Source: Syntrophaceae bacterium UBA6087 (lineage in GTDB: Bacteria > Desulfobacterota > Desulfomonilia > UBA1062). From it: a DNA stretch of 64,000 bases. The position numbers were made by a program, and so were the translations under genes. The notes under the pieces were generated by a model. It did no database searches. It was given only the letters and a program-made list of their open reading frames with translations, and was not told the origin of the DNA. The stretch spans positions 73,136-137,135 of the forward strand of contig DIXF01000001.1 of assembly GCA_002448235.1 (NCBI GenBank), in the 5' to 3' direction. Positions 27,795 to 37,925 of this stretch are shown here, in pieces; position 1 is the first letter of the stretch; the number at the start of each line of letters is the position of its first letter.

Positions 27795-29009
27795 TCAACT
27801 CCACCTGTCAATGATGTACGGTTTTGTCTGTTCGAAGATCAAACACATGTCCTCGATGAATTCTTCCGCCTGCAGCACGGACATCCCTTCGGTCTTATTC
27901 ACGTAGGAGAGGGTCATTCCATAGAACAAAGGAATGAGTACCTCGATCATTTTATTCCGGTCCACGGTCTTCTTGTGGCAGCTGAGCGCAAAATCGAACA
28001 GCGTTTTGGCCCAGACAGGGACGGGCATCTCGAACTGGTCCATGGGGAGTGACGCTACCTCGCGAACCTTCTGGAGGTTTTCGAACGAGAGGATGGACCG
28101 GTATGTCTCCCAGTGTGAGTTGAAACCTTCACGGAAGCGCTGGTACAGCTTTTCCTTATTTACCGAGACCGGCGGCGGCGTCTCCACCTCTGAAGTCCCG
28201 AATCCGAAAATTGCCGTAGGTTTGCTCCATTTCGTGGATTTCCACTTGGGATGGTATGAGGTCATGAGGTTGAAGACCGTCGCCACGATCTGTCTGAACA
28301 TGGGGCCGAGATCCGTTGCAGGGTCCTTGAGCTCGCTCACCTTCGGTTTGCCCATGAATGCCTGGCATATGGGGACCCCCTCGTTCATCGCGATGGTGGT
28401 CATCCAGATGTCGACTCCGTACTGGCTTACGTCTTCATCCCACAGCTCGTTCTTCAAAAACACGCTCGCCATGGCGCCGGAAAAGCCGAAGTCGCCGCCG
28501 ATGGGCTGCCGGACGCGCCTGCCGTAGAGGCAGCGGGTCAGGGGATAGACAATGTTGTTCGTGATGGTCCCGTCATACTTGTGCCGTGTGTAGAGCGGCG
28601 AAACGAAGGCAAAATCCTTGAAAAGCGGTTCTCCAAGATTCTTTACCCATCGGGGCGTGACGTTCTTGAGGTCCGCTTCCAGGACCACTACGGCCCTGGC
28701 GTTGAGCTCGATGACCTTCCGGAACAGATTTTTCAGGTTCTGCCCCTTGCCCTTCACCCCTTTCGGCGTGGAGAGGTAGATCTTGGGTATATCCAGGGTA
28801 TCCGCATTCATAAAGGACTTGCCCGTGCCGTCGGTGCTGGCGTTATCGCAATTTATGATTACCGAATCCAGATGGCCGAAATATTCTTTCAATCCAAGTG
28901 CAGCCTGCGAGGTGGGGAAGCCTATGAGGGATGCTTCGTTGTAAGAGGGGATACCGATTACGATATCTGCTCTTTTTATCTGAGCCGGATTCTCTTCAAA
29001 GGCCGTCAT
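27795..29009 (-). CDS. GT-A fold glycosyltransferase (family-2-like) with long C-terminal helical domain
   Basis: 404 aa. The N-terminus reads IVIGIPSYNEA...NCDNASTDGT, with an EAD acidic motif (VVVLEADLKN). The C-terminal ~150 aa are unrecognised. Confidence 0.6.
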   Translation of the reverse strand: MTAFEENPAQIKRADIVIGIPSYNEASLIGFPTSQAALGLKEYFGHLDSVIINCDNASTDGTGKSFMNADTLDIPKIYLSTPKGVKGKGQNLKNLFRKVIELNARAVVVLEADLKNVTPRWVKNLGEPLFKDFAFVSPLYTRHKYDGTITNNIVYPLTRCLYGRRVRQPIGGDFGFSGAMASVFLKNELWDEDVSQYGVDIWMTTIAMNEGVPICQAFMGKPKVSELKDPATDLGPMFRQIVATVFNLMTSYHPKWKSTKWSKPTAIFGFGTSEVETPPPVSVNKEKLYQRFREGFNSHWETYRSILSFENLQKVREVASLPMDQFEMPVPVWAKTLFDFALSCHKKTVDRNKMIEVLIPLFYGMTLSYVNKTEGMSVLQAEEFIEDMCLIFEQTKPYIIDRWS

Positions 29010-29140
29010 GCAATGTTCTCCAAATCAAGGTGATATCATTCCATTCTCGGTTATTTACTCTCTAATGGCAATAGAAAATTTCCTTTCCAAAATGCCCTCT
29101 TGCCTTTTCACAGCAACTATGGGAATCTAAATAATTCAAA

Positions 29141-30823
29141 ATGCCGATACACGATAAACCCATCATAGTGCAGAGCGACGGGAGTGTGCTCCTGGAGGTC
29201 CAGTCTCCCGAGTATGAGAAGGCCCGGGACGTGATCATGCCGTTTGCCGAGCTGATAAAATCACCCGAGTATGTCCATACCTACCGGATCACGCCTTTGA
29301 GCATCTGGAATGCCGCGGCTCTGGGCATCTACTATGACGACGTTGTCCAAAAGTTAAAAGATTATTCGCGGTACGAGATCCCGGCAGGGGTGCTGTTCAG
29401 GATAAAAGATTCTTTTGACCGCTGGGATGCGGTGCGCATGACAAGGCACGGTGAAGGAACGCTCCGTGTTGAAACAAAAACGCCCGAAATCCTCGACCAG
29501 CTCGTTTCGAAACCGGGCATAAAAGACATGGTCATCGAACTCGACCCTCCACGTTCCTTTATCATCGATGGTGCTACGAGGGGACGCTTCAAACATATGC
29601 TCATCAAGGCAGGATTCCCGGTGCACGACCTCGTCGGCTTCGACCCGGGAGACGGTCTGGAAGTCCGGCTGAGAGAGAAAACACTGGCCGGCAGTCCGTT
29701 CTCTCTACGCCAGTACCAGATCGAAGCGTGCAAGAATTTCTGGGCGGGCGGAAGCGTACGCGGAGGACAGGGCATCGTCGTGCTTCCCTGCGGGGCGGGA
29801 AAAACGGTCGTGGGCATCAATGCCATGGCGGTGGCCAAAACCCAGACGCTCATCCTCTGCACCAACGTATCCGCCGTTCACCAGTGGATCCGGGAGCTGC
29901 TCGACAAGACGGATCTGAAGAGCGAGGACATCGGTGAATATACCGGCAATAAAAAAGAGATCAGGCCCGTTACGGTGACGACCTACCAGATTCTCACCTA
30001 CCGGAAGGAAAAGACCGGCCCCTTCGAGCATATGAAGCTCATGGGCGCCATGAACTGGGGCCTGCTCATCTATGACGAAGTCCATGTGGTGCCTGCGCCG
30101 GTATTTCGAGCCACCACGGAGATTCAGGCCAAGCGAAGGCTCGGGCTCACCGCCACGCTTATCCGTGAAGACGGACTCGAAGAAGACGCTTTTTCCCTCG
30201 TGGGGCCGAAGTGCTTCGATGTGCCCTGGAAGGAGCTGGAGCTCAAAGGCTTCATCGCCGAGGCGTGCTGCTATGAGATCCGCCTGCCTCTGCCTCCGGA
30301 AAAAGAGCATGAGTATGCCATGGCAGGCGATCGTACACAGTTCAGGATTGCTTCTGAGAATGTCTATAAAGAAAGGGCGATGAAGGAGCTTATCAAGAAG
30401 CACGCCAATGAACCGGTGCTCGTGATCGGCCAGTATGTGAGCCAGCTGAAGCGTATCTCGGATACCCTGAAGGCGCCTCTCATTACCGGGACGACGCCGA
30501 ACTCGAAACGCGACAGCCTTTACGGCGCATTCCGGAGGGGAGAGCTTCCGGTTCTCGTGGTTTCGAAAGTCGCCAATTTTGCCATAGATCTCCCCGACGC
30601 ATCGGTGGCAATCCAGGTGTCAGGAACCTTCGGATCGAGGCAGGAAGAGGCGCAGCGGCTCGGCAGGATCTTGAGGCCGAAGGAAAGGATCTCCACGTTT
30701 TATACGCTGGTGAGCCGGCAGACCTCGGAAGAGGATTTTGCCCATAAAAGACAAATCTTCCTTGCAGAGCAGGGCTATAAGTACACCATCGAGGAATGGA
30801 GCAACAGTGACATCAACCTATGA
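29141..30823 (+). CDS. XPB/ERCC3-like SF2 DNA helicase
   Basis: 560 aa with Walker A LPCGAGKTV, a DEVH box (LLIYDEVHVVPA), helicase C motifs, and an XPB-type N-terminal damage-recognition-like region. Confidence 0.85.
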   Translation: MPIHDKPIIVQSDGSVLLEVQSPEYEKARDVIMPFAELIKSPEYVHTYRITPLSIWNAAALGIYYDDVVQKLKDYSRYEIPAGVLFRIKDSFDRWDAVRMTRHGEGTLRVETKTPEILDQLVSKPGIKDMVIELDPPRSFIIDGATRGRFKHMLIKAGFPVHDLVGFDPGDGLEVRLREKTLAGSPFSLRQYQIEACKNFWAGGSVRGGQGIVVLPCGAGKTVVGINAMAVAKTQTLILCTNVSAVHQWIRELLDKTDLKSEDIGEYTGNKKEIRPVTVTTYQILTYRKEKTGPFEHMKLMGAMNWGLLIYDEVHVVPAPVFRATTEIQAKRRLGLTATLIREDGLEEDAFSLVGPKCFDVPWKELELKGFIAEACCYEIRLPLPPEKEHEYAMAGDRTQFRIASENVYKERAMKELIKKHANEPVLVIGQYVSQLKRISDTLKAPLITGTTPNSKRDSLYGAFRRGELPVLVVSKVANFAIDLPDASVAIQVSGTFGSRQEEAQRLGRILRPKERISTFYTLVSRQTSEEDFAHKRQIFLAEQGYKYTIEEWSNSDINL

Positions 30824-32558
30824 TCTGATCTCCCATATCCCGGGCTATATGGTAGAAATCCTTTCAGCCCGCATCCTCGGTAAATCCGTCGACACGTACA
30901 AGCTGGCGGAGGGATTGAGCGACGAGCAGCGGCTGGAAGGCATACTGACCGGCCTCTCCCACAGACAACATTCTCTTCTCATGGATCTCTACGAGCTCGG
31001 CGGGAGCGTGCAGTGGGAGGTGCTGAATGCGCTTTACTGCCGTGACCTCGGGGAGCTCAGGCAGGACCTCGTCTACCTGGGGGGGAAAGGTCTTGTTTTT
31101 CAGGGGGGCTTGAGCGCGAGGGATCCGATCATCCTTCTGCCGTCACTCTACCCACTCATGGAAGAAAGCCGCAGACGCTTTATCAGAAAAGTGGATGACT
31201 TGAGATGGGCGGCGTTGCCTCAGGTGAGTATATGGGGCCATATATCCTTGCTGAATACGCTCCGGACGTCCCGGATACGCTGCAGGTCCGGAATGGAGCC
31301 ATTCAAGCGCGGGTGGGAATTTCTCGAAGAAAGGCTCGGCGGCATGCTCGACCTCGAGAGGGTGTACTGGGAACTCGTCGAGCTGGGCTGCATAAGAGAA
31401 AAAAAGGGCGTGCTGGAGGTTTCCCTGCAGGCAAGCACCGATTTTGCCATGGAGGGAGACGCGCGGTATTCTCTCTGGAGGTTCATCCAATCGTGCAGGC
31501 CCTACCCGGGCTTGGAGCACAAGGTCTTCAGTTCCGTAGCGGACAAGGCCGTCCGGCGTGATCTCCTCCTGAGAGCGCTTCATCTCTTCCTCCTCGGCAG
31601 GGACCCGGAAGAACCCAGGGGCAAGGAGATCGCCGGCTCACTGATCGATCTCTGGCTGGATCTCGGGATCCTGAGGAAAGACCTGGACGGCACATGGCTC
31701 TGCTTCGCCGATCAGGTATACAGGTCGCTGAAGACAGGCACTGCCGAGGCGCAATTACGACGCTATTGCGATGATGTCGTGATACAGCCGGACATGGAGA
31801 TACTCGTTCCGGGCGATTTCGACCCGGTGGATCTCCTGAATGTAGGAGAGATCGCGGACCTTATCCAGACCGATATCGTCAGCATCTACCGCCTCACCAA
31901 AAAATCGGTGTCCAGAGGTTTGAAGGAAGGCTGGGACGTTCAGAAGCTCAAGGGCTTCCTCGAACGGATATCACGCCACCAGCTGCCCGACAATGTACGG
32001 AAGACCATTGAGGGCTGGGCCATGACGCGTGCAGAGGCCCACATCCTCCGCGGCACCTTCCTGGTACTTTCCAGAGCGGATTGCAAAGCTTCCCGCGGGC
32101 TCAAAGAGGTTCTTCCCGGGATTTACCGGATACCTGAAAACTGTGAGGAAGAGATTATCGCCCTGCTCGACAAGAAGGATGTGACCGTCGTGGGGGCGGA
32201 GTCCGAGAGGGAGGCCGAAGAGGGCGCATCCTGGGGGAAACTCCTTCCCTTCCAGCTTACACAGAAGTGTCTGTGGAAAGAGGCCAGGAAGGAGGGTATT
32301 TTCCCGTTCGGAATGGTCTCTCCCCTCCCATACGGTTCGAAAGGGGAGGGGGTATTCGAGAAGGCCCTGAATGACGGCGAGACTATCGTCATTTTTTATC
32401 CGAAGCAGGGCTACGGCGAGATAGAGATGAAGAGAATCAGCCCGATCTACATTTACCGCAAGGGAGGGATTCCTTTTGTGGAGGCCTTCTGCGAGGACAC
32501 CGGAGAAGGCGAGGTGTTCGATATCACCAAGGTCAGGGCACTGTTAAAGGGCGTCTGA
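30807..32558 (+). CDS. XPB-associated protein of unknown function with WYL-like C-terminal domain
   Basis: ~583 aa from GTG 30807 (RBS GGAG at 30798). An alternative ATG lies at 30738. It overlaps the XPB stop. The C-terminus ETIVIFYPKQGYGEIEMKRISPIYIYRKGGIPFVEAFCEDTGEGEVFDITKV resembles WYL domains. Confidence 0.7.
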   Translation: MTSTYDLISHIPGYMVEILSARILGKSVDTYKLAEGLSDEQRLEGILTGLSHRQHSLLMDLYELGGSVQWEVLNALYCRDLGELRQDLVYLGGKGLVFQGGLSARDPIILLPSLYPLMEESRRRFIRKVDDLRWAALPQVSIWGHISLLNTLRTSRIRCRSGMEPFKRGWEFLEERLGGMLDLERVYWELVELGCIREKKGVLEVSLQASTDFAMEGDARYSLWRFIQSCRPYPGLEHKVFSSVADKAVRRDLLLRALHLFLLGRDPEEPRGKEIAGSLIDLWLDLGILRKDLDGTWLCFADQVYRSLKTGTAEAQLRRYCDDVVIQPDMEILVPGDFDPVDLLNVGEIADLIQTDIVSIYRLTKKSVSRGLKEGWDVQKLKGFLERISRHQLPDNVRKTIEGWAMTRAEAHILRGTFLVLSRADCKASRGLKEVLPGIYRIPENCEEEIIALLDKKDVTVVGAESEREAEEGASWGKLLPFQLTQKCLWKEARKEGIFPFGMVSPLPYGSKGEGVFEKALNDGETIVIFYPKQGYGEIEMKRISPIYIYRKGGIPFVEAFCEDTGEGEVFDITKVRALLKGV

Positions 32559-32560
32559 TA

Positions 32561-33880
32561 TCAATTTTTTATAACCTTGCCGACGTATTCCTTCATTTCT
32601 TTGAGTTCGTCTACCACGTGAGCATCCAGGTCTTTCTCGTTTTCAAGCGCCTTGGTTATGTGATGGAGGGCTGCCTTGTGCTTGGCGGTTTTAAAGAAAT
32701 ACCTGGCGAAAGAAACATGAGAAAGCGACTGTTTCGACGCTTTCTGATAGAGGATGCCCAGTCTGTAATCCACACTCGCATCCTGTTTCTGGAACGGAAG
32801 GATGACCGCGACAGCCTGATCGAACTCTCCCCGCTCCTCCATGATTTCGGACAGAACTATCTGTGACCTGGCAGAATTCCCGAACTGTTTGAGATACGGG
32901 TATGCTTCGTCCTTTTTCCCCATCAATGCGAGATTGAGCCCCTTGTATGCGTTCGCCAGAGGCAGGTCGACATCTTTCAGCAGGGCCAGCGCCTTATCGT
33001 GCCTGCCTTTCCGTGTTTCCAGGAGGCCCAGCGAGAGGTTGCGGTACGGTTCCGGTATTGTGGCCGACCTCTGTACCGCCTCTTCTTCGGGGAGGAGCAG
33101 GCCGCTGATGCTTGCGTGAAGGTTCCAGTAGTACGAGTCCGGCTTCGGCTTCTGCACATCCGGGGACTGGCCCGAGATACGGTTCGTACTGTGCGGGTGT
33201 GTAAGCAGGTATTCGGGTATGTTCGAACCTCCCGAATACGCGTTCAGCCTTGAGAGGAACCTGTTCATGGCTGAAGGGGAAAAGCCGGAATCGCTGATGA
33301 GCCTGGTCCCGAAATCGTCCGCGTCGTACTCATGGCTCCGGGAATAGGCAAGCTTGAAGTTCTCGCCTCCGCCCAGGGAGGAGAAAACCAGGGCTGCACC
33401 GGCCTCAGGATTTTTGGCAGATACAAGAGTTCCCAGGAGGACCCCGACAATCGATGCGGCCGTTACGGCCTTCTGCTCTTCAAGTGTCTGGGGTATATGG
33501 CGCTGCTGTGCATGGCCCATCTCGTGGCCGATTACTGCAGCGATCTCATCGATGTCTCTGGCAAACAGAAGGGTTCCGACGTTGATGAAGATATGCCCGT
33601 CCGGGATGGTAAACGCATTGATGGACCTGTCACTGATTACGTGAATGGTGAAGGTGTATACCGGGCTTTTCACATGGTCGGCAAGCCTCTCCGTAATCAT
33701 TTTGACCGGCCAGGTGATTTCATGGTCGTAGACAATGAGCCCGTTGGCATCCAGATTCGTAATGATTTCCTGGGAGATCTTCCTCTCCTCGTCATACGTC
33801 ATGGCGTATGACAGCCGGGGAAGAGAGATGATGCAGGTTATGAGCAGCAGGCAAACAGTCTTTCTCATGGATATGAACAT
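32561..33880 (-). CDS. M48-family zinc metalloprotease with C-terminal TPR repeats (BepA-like)
   Basis: Signal peptide, the HExxH motif AVIGHEMGHAQQRH, and TPR-like helices. Confidence 0.85.
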   Translation of the reverse strand: MFISMRKTVCLLLITCIISLPRLSYAMTYDEERKISQEIITNLDANGLIVYDHEITWPVKMITERLADHVKSPVYTFTIHVISDRSINAFTIPDGHIFINVGTLLFARDIDEIAAVIGHEMGHAQQRHIPQTLEEQKAVTAASIVGVLLGTLVSAKNPEAGAALVFSSLGGGENFKLAYSRSHEYDADDFGTRLISDSGFSPSAMNRFLSRLNAYSGGSNIPEYLLTHPHSTNRISGQSPDVQKPKPDSYYWNLHASISGLLLPEEEAVQRSATIPEPYRNLSLGLLETRKGRHDKALALLKDVDLPLANAYKGLNLALMGKKDEAYPYLKQFGNSARSQIVLSEIMEERGEFDQAVAVILPFQKQDASVDYRLGILYQKASKQSLSHVSFARYFFKTAKHKAALHHITKALENEKDLDAHVVDELKEMKEYVGKVIKN

Positions 33881-34272
33881 GGCACACTCTCCCGTTCTTT
33901 ACAAGACCGTCGTCTTAGGACAGACCCGCCTTCTTCTGCTGATATCCCCATTGTAGGGCATGCACCGGCAGAAGGGCAATCGCTGTCGATTATTCAAAAA
34001 CCTGCTCGGAAATGAAATTCGGAATCCTTAAGGCTTTTGCATATAGAGGTTACTGATGTGAAGGATGGACAGGGTTTCAAGTGCACCTCCTGCGGAATGG
34101 GTCATTCGTCCGGTTCATAAAAATCGGTTACAAAACAGTAACATGGGCTACGAAAGTGTCGTGTAACCCCGATCGCAAATCTATATAACAATACGATATT
34201 AATCTTTAATTTTGGTTGGCTTATCTCTTGCCTCAGGGAAGACTGAGCGATTGCTACTACTGGAGGTGTTCC

Positions 34273-36663
34273 ATGAGGCAAACACGAAATGTATTTTTTA
34301 TTGTTATTTCATTTCTTCTGTTTTCCTACGTGTCGGGGCACGCCGCATCCGTTCTGGTAAGCTGGAACGCGAATACCGAAAGCGACCTCGCAGGATACTA
34401 CCTCTATTACGGATCTCAATCAGGGACATACACGACGAAGACGGATGTGGGAAAAGTCACGAGTTATGAGCTTGGCGCCCAGTCCGGTACGACGTACTAC
34501 CTTGCGATAACCGCCTATGACACCTCCGGTAACGAATCAGGCTACTCCAGTGAAGTAAGCGTGTACGTTCCTGTTCCCGACACTACACCTCCCACCGGGA
34601 CCGTCGTGATCGGTGCAGGCAGTGCGACCACTCCCTCCCGTGTGGTTACACTTTTGTTATCCGCCGGCGATGCAGGCGGAACGGTTGTTTCGATGAGAAT
34701 AAGCAACGACGGCGTGAACTGGTCCGGCGAGGCTCCGTTCTCGGCTTCACAATCATGGGTGCTCACGGAAGGTGACGGACTCAAGACCGTATATGTGAAT
34801 TACAAAGATGCCTCAGGCAACTGGATGGCGACGCCTGCCCGCGATACCATCGAACTCCGCCTCGATACCGACGGCGACGGCCTGCCGAACTCATGGGAGG
34901 TAACCTACGGCCTCGACCCGGAAAACCCGGTCGATGCAGCGTGGGATCTGGACCTTGACGGCATTTCCAATTACGAAGAATACTATAACGGCTCGAACCC
35001 GGCGAGCGCGTATGACAATACGCCCGTTGCGCGCGCAGGGGCGGATCAGCAGACGGCTCCTACCCGTGTATACCTTGATGGATCAACGTCCACCGATCCC
35101 AATGGCGACACCCTCCAGTACGCCTGGTCGCTCGTAAGCGGACCCGCTGCGGTAACCATTGATAATTCAACGAGTGCCCGAGCCAGTCTTGTAGGTACAA
35201 AAGCGGGCCTCTACCGCTTCATGCTCAAGTGCTTCGACGGCAAGTCGACGGGTTCGGATACCGTGGATATTACCATATTGAACGTCGCTCCGAATGTGAA
35301 CGCAGGAAGCGACATGACCGTTACCGTCGGGGCACAGGTTGTGCTTCATGCAACCGGCGCGGACTCCAATGAAGACAGCCTGACGTACCAGTGGAAGTTC
35401 GTCCAGGGCACGGCCATGACGGTGCCGGACATGAATCAGCAGAACATCACGCTTACGTTCGGCACGGCCGGTCAGTACCGCTTCTCGGTAACCTGTTCCG
35501 ACGGGACCCTTACGAGCCCTGCCGATGAAGTTACAATAACCGCGAACGCACTGAACAATGCACCCACAGCCAATGCAGGCGCGGACCAGAGCGTACAGAC
35601 CGGCTCGGTGGTGACGCTGGACGGCAGCGGTTCATCCGATCCCGACGGCAACAATCTGAGCTATGCCTGGAGGCAGACCAACGGCACCGCTGTTGCGCTT
35701 CAGAACTCCCAGAGCGTATCGCCGGCCTTTACCGCGACTGCAGCAGGCACCTTCGAATTCGAGCTCGTGGTCAATGACGGCCTCGTATCCTCGACCCCTG
35801 ACAGAATATGGGTCACGGTCCTGAAGCAGAACACTGCGCCGGTTGCTGATGCGGGTTATGACGTCGATATCTATGCAGGCGAGCAGGTTGTCCTCGACGG
35901 AACCGGGTCCTATGATCCGGACGGCGACGCGATAAGCTATTCATGGACTCAGAATTCCGGTGCAAGTGTCGTCCTGTCCGGTGCACAGACCGCACACCCG
36001 ACCTTTACACCCACTGCATCGGGGGTATTGGGCTTCACGCTCAAGGTCTCCGACGGACAGGCTGCAACGCAGGATACGGTACTCGTAACGGTCGACAGCA
36101 TCAATGGGGTGCCGGTTGCGGAAGCCGGCCAGGATCAAACGGTACAGGCAGGCGCTGTCGTAACCTTAGACGGCCGCTTGAGCAGCGATCCGGACGGAGA
36201 TTCAGTCTCCTATATCTGGTCGCAGGTCTCGGGTACGAGGGTATCACTGAACAATTCCAATACCGCGACCCCGTCCTTTGCCCCGACAGTGGAAGGCGTG
36301 TACGTGTTCGAGCTGAAGGTCTATGACGGGAAAGATACCAGCAGCCCTGACACCGTAACCGTTACCGTGCAGCAATCCGAAGTGGCCATCTCGTTGACCA
36401 CACCGCAGTTGGGCGACATTATGAACGAAAACCCGATCTTAAGCTGGAATGCTTCGGGGTTCGGCAAGTATAAGACGTACATCAGCGTAAACGGGAAAAA
36501 GTACAGCAACATCTACACCGGCACCGGCACCTCGTGCAAAATGAGCTCAACGCTCTGGAACCTGTTCATCCCCTCCGGCACCACGATATACTGGTACGTT
36601 GAAGGGACTACCCTGGATAAGAAGACCCTCAAGAGCGCCAAGGGCAATTTCAAGAAACGCTGA
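34273..36663 (+). CDS. large secreted repeat protein: FN3-like N-terminus, Ca-binding thrombospondin-type-3-like segment, six tandem PKD/Ig-like domains
   Basis: ATG 34273 follows GGAGG, and the product has a signal peptide. A DTDGDGLPNSWE..DLDLDGISNYEE segment is followed by six ~95-aa repeats of the pattern A.AG.DQ.V..G..V.LDGS.S.DPDGD...Y.W.Q..G..V.L. The listed ORF start at 34216 is judged upstream of the true start. Confidence 0.8.
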   Translation: MRQTRNVFFIVISFLLFSYVSGHAASVLVSWNANTESDLAGYYLYYGSQSGTYTTKTDVGKVTSYELGAQSGTTYYLAITAYDTSGNESGYSSEVSVYVPVPDTTPPTGTVVIGAGSATTPSRVVTLLLSAGDAGGTVVSMRISNDGVNWSGEAPFSASQSWVLTEGDGLKTVYVNYKDASGNWMATPARDTIELRLDTDGDGLPNSWEVTYGLDPENPVDAAWDLDLDGISNYEEYYNGSNPASAYDNTPVARAGADQQTAPTRVYLDGSTSTDPNGDTLQYAWSLVSGPAAVTIDNSTSARASLVGTKAGLYRFMLKCFDGKSTGSDTVDITILNVAPNVNAGSDMTVTVGAQVVLHATGADSNEDSLTYQWKFVQGTAMTVPDMNQQNITLTFGTAGQYRFSVTCSDGTLTSPADEVTITANALNNAPTANAGADQSVQTGSVVTLDGSGSSDPDGNNLSYAWRQTNGTAVALQNSQSVSPAFTATAAGTFEFELVVNDGLVSSTPDRIWVTVLKQNTAPVADAGYDVDIYAGEQVVLDGTGSYDPDGDAISYSWTQNSGASVVLSGAQTAHPTFTPTASGVLGFTLKVSDGQAATQDTVLVTVDSINGVPVAEAGQDQTVQAGAVVTLDGRLSSDPDGDSVSYIWSQVSGTRVSLNNSNTATPSFAPTVEGVYVFELKVYDGKDTSSPDTVTVTVQQSEVAISLTTPQLGDIMNENPILSWNASGFGKYKTYISVNGKKYSNIYTGTGTSCKMSSTLWNLFIPSGTTIYWYVEGTTLDKKTLKSAKGNFKKR

Positions 36664-36681
36664 TAGAAAGGAAAGAAGAAC

Positions 36682-36722
36682 GCAAAGAGGGGGTGGGCTC
36701 GATATGCCCACCCCCTCTTTGC
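36682..36722. terminator. bidirectional terminator hairpin between convergent genes
   Basis: Perfect 17-bp inverted repeat GCAAAGAGGGGGTGGGC/GCCCACCCCCTCTTTGC with a 7-nt loop. T-rich sequence follows on the minus strand. Confidence 0.7.
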
Positions 36723-36795
36723 GTTTGAATCCTCCGGCATGTGAATGAGGAGGCGACGGGAATGAGACCGGTTGCGATAAGATAAAAGGAGAAGC

Positions 36796-37905
36796 TTACT
36801 TGTCGTTTGAGTACGTGCGGGGAACCCTGCGGCTCATGTTGCAGGTGACCTCATACGGTATGGTGTTTCCCCAGGAGGCAACGGTCTGTGCCGTGATTCC
36901 ATCGCGGCCGAAGACGGTCACTTCCTCCCCCGGTGCATAGAAGTCGTCGCCGAGGTCTACGAGGCTCTGATCCATGCATATCCTTCCCACGACCGGATAG
37001 GCCTTTCCCTGGATGAGAACCCGGGAAGTGTTCGAAAGGCATCGGGGATACCCGTCGGCGTAGCCGATGGGTATGGTGGCGATATAGGTATCTTTCTGTG
37101 CCTGGTAGGTGAGCCCGTAGGACAAGCCTGTGCCTTTTTTCACGCGTTTGACGAACATGACGGCGGTCTTCAGCGTCATCGCAGGAGTGACCTTGAGGAT
37201 CGATTCAGTGCCTTCCGCGGGATAAAGCCCATAGCAGAGGATGCCGGGACGGACCATATCCAGGAACGACTCCGGGTGGTTGAGAACGGCGCCCGAGTTT
37301 GCGCAGTGGCGAAGGCCGGGATTGATGCCCAACGTTTCCATGCGTTTCAGGAGGTCTCCGAACCGGGCTATCTGTTCAAGGGTGAATGTCTGGCCGGGAA
37401 TATCGGAAACCGGGAAATGCGTATAGATTCCATTCAAAGCGATCTCTTTGATCTGTGATAAATGCGAGGCGAGTTTGAGTGTTTCATCCGGGGTAAGACC
37501 GAGCCTGCCCATGCCCGTGTCTGTCTTGATATGGATTCCGATGGGGCGGTTCCACCTGCGCGCTCCATTGACGATACTGTCGATCAGGGCATTATCTGCG
37601 AGGGTGGGGGTGAGGTGGTACGAGAAGACCGCGTCGCAATCCTCTCGGCTGCTGGTGATGAGACCGAAAATAAGGATGGGAAGAGACACGCCTGATTCGC
37701 GCAGGAGGACGCCTTCTTCGATGCAGCTCACGCCCAGCATGTCCACGAGGTTTTTCTCCTGGACGAACCTGCCTACTACCCGTGCCCCGTGGCCGTAGGC
37801 ATCGGCCTTGATGGCCATCATAACCTTCGTGCCGGTCCGTGCGCGTATTGCTGCCAGATTGCCTTTAATGGCGCACAGATCGATTTCGACCCGCGTCGGC
37901 CTCAT
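36796..37905 (-). CDS. alr: alanine racemase
   Basis: 369 aa with the PLP-lysine motif AIKADAYGHGA and alr-like sequence across its length. Confidence 0.9.
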   Translation of the reverse strand: MRPTRVEIDLCAIKGNLAAIRARTGTKVMMAIKADAYGHGARVVGRFVQEKNLVDMLGVSCIEEGVLLRESGVSLPILIFGLITSSREDCDAVFSYHLTPTLADNALIDSIVNGARRWNRPIGIHIKTDTGMGRLGLTPDETLKLASHLSQIKEIALNGIYTHFPVSDIPGQTFTLEQIARFGDLLKRMETLGINPGLRHCANSGAVLNHPESFLDMVRPGILCYGLYPAEGTESILKVTPAMTLKTAVMFVKRVKKGTGLSYGLTYQAQKDTYIATIPIGYADGYPRCLSNTSRVLIQGKAYPVVGRICMDQSLVDLGDDFYAPGEEVTVFGRDGITAQTVASWGNTIPYEVTCNMSRRVPRTYSNDK

Positions 37906-37925
37906 AAACTTCTCTTCCCCTATCC

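Noticed and set aside
29010-29140. Possible LexA/SOS box upstream of the XPB helicase
   Set aside because: No CTGT-N8-ACAG or GGTT-N10-ACC-type palindrome is present in the 131-nt divergent intergenic region.
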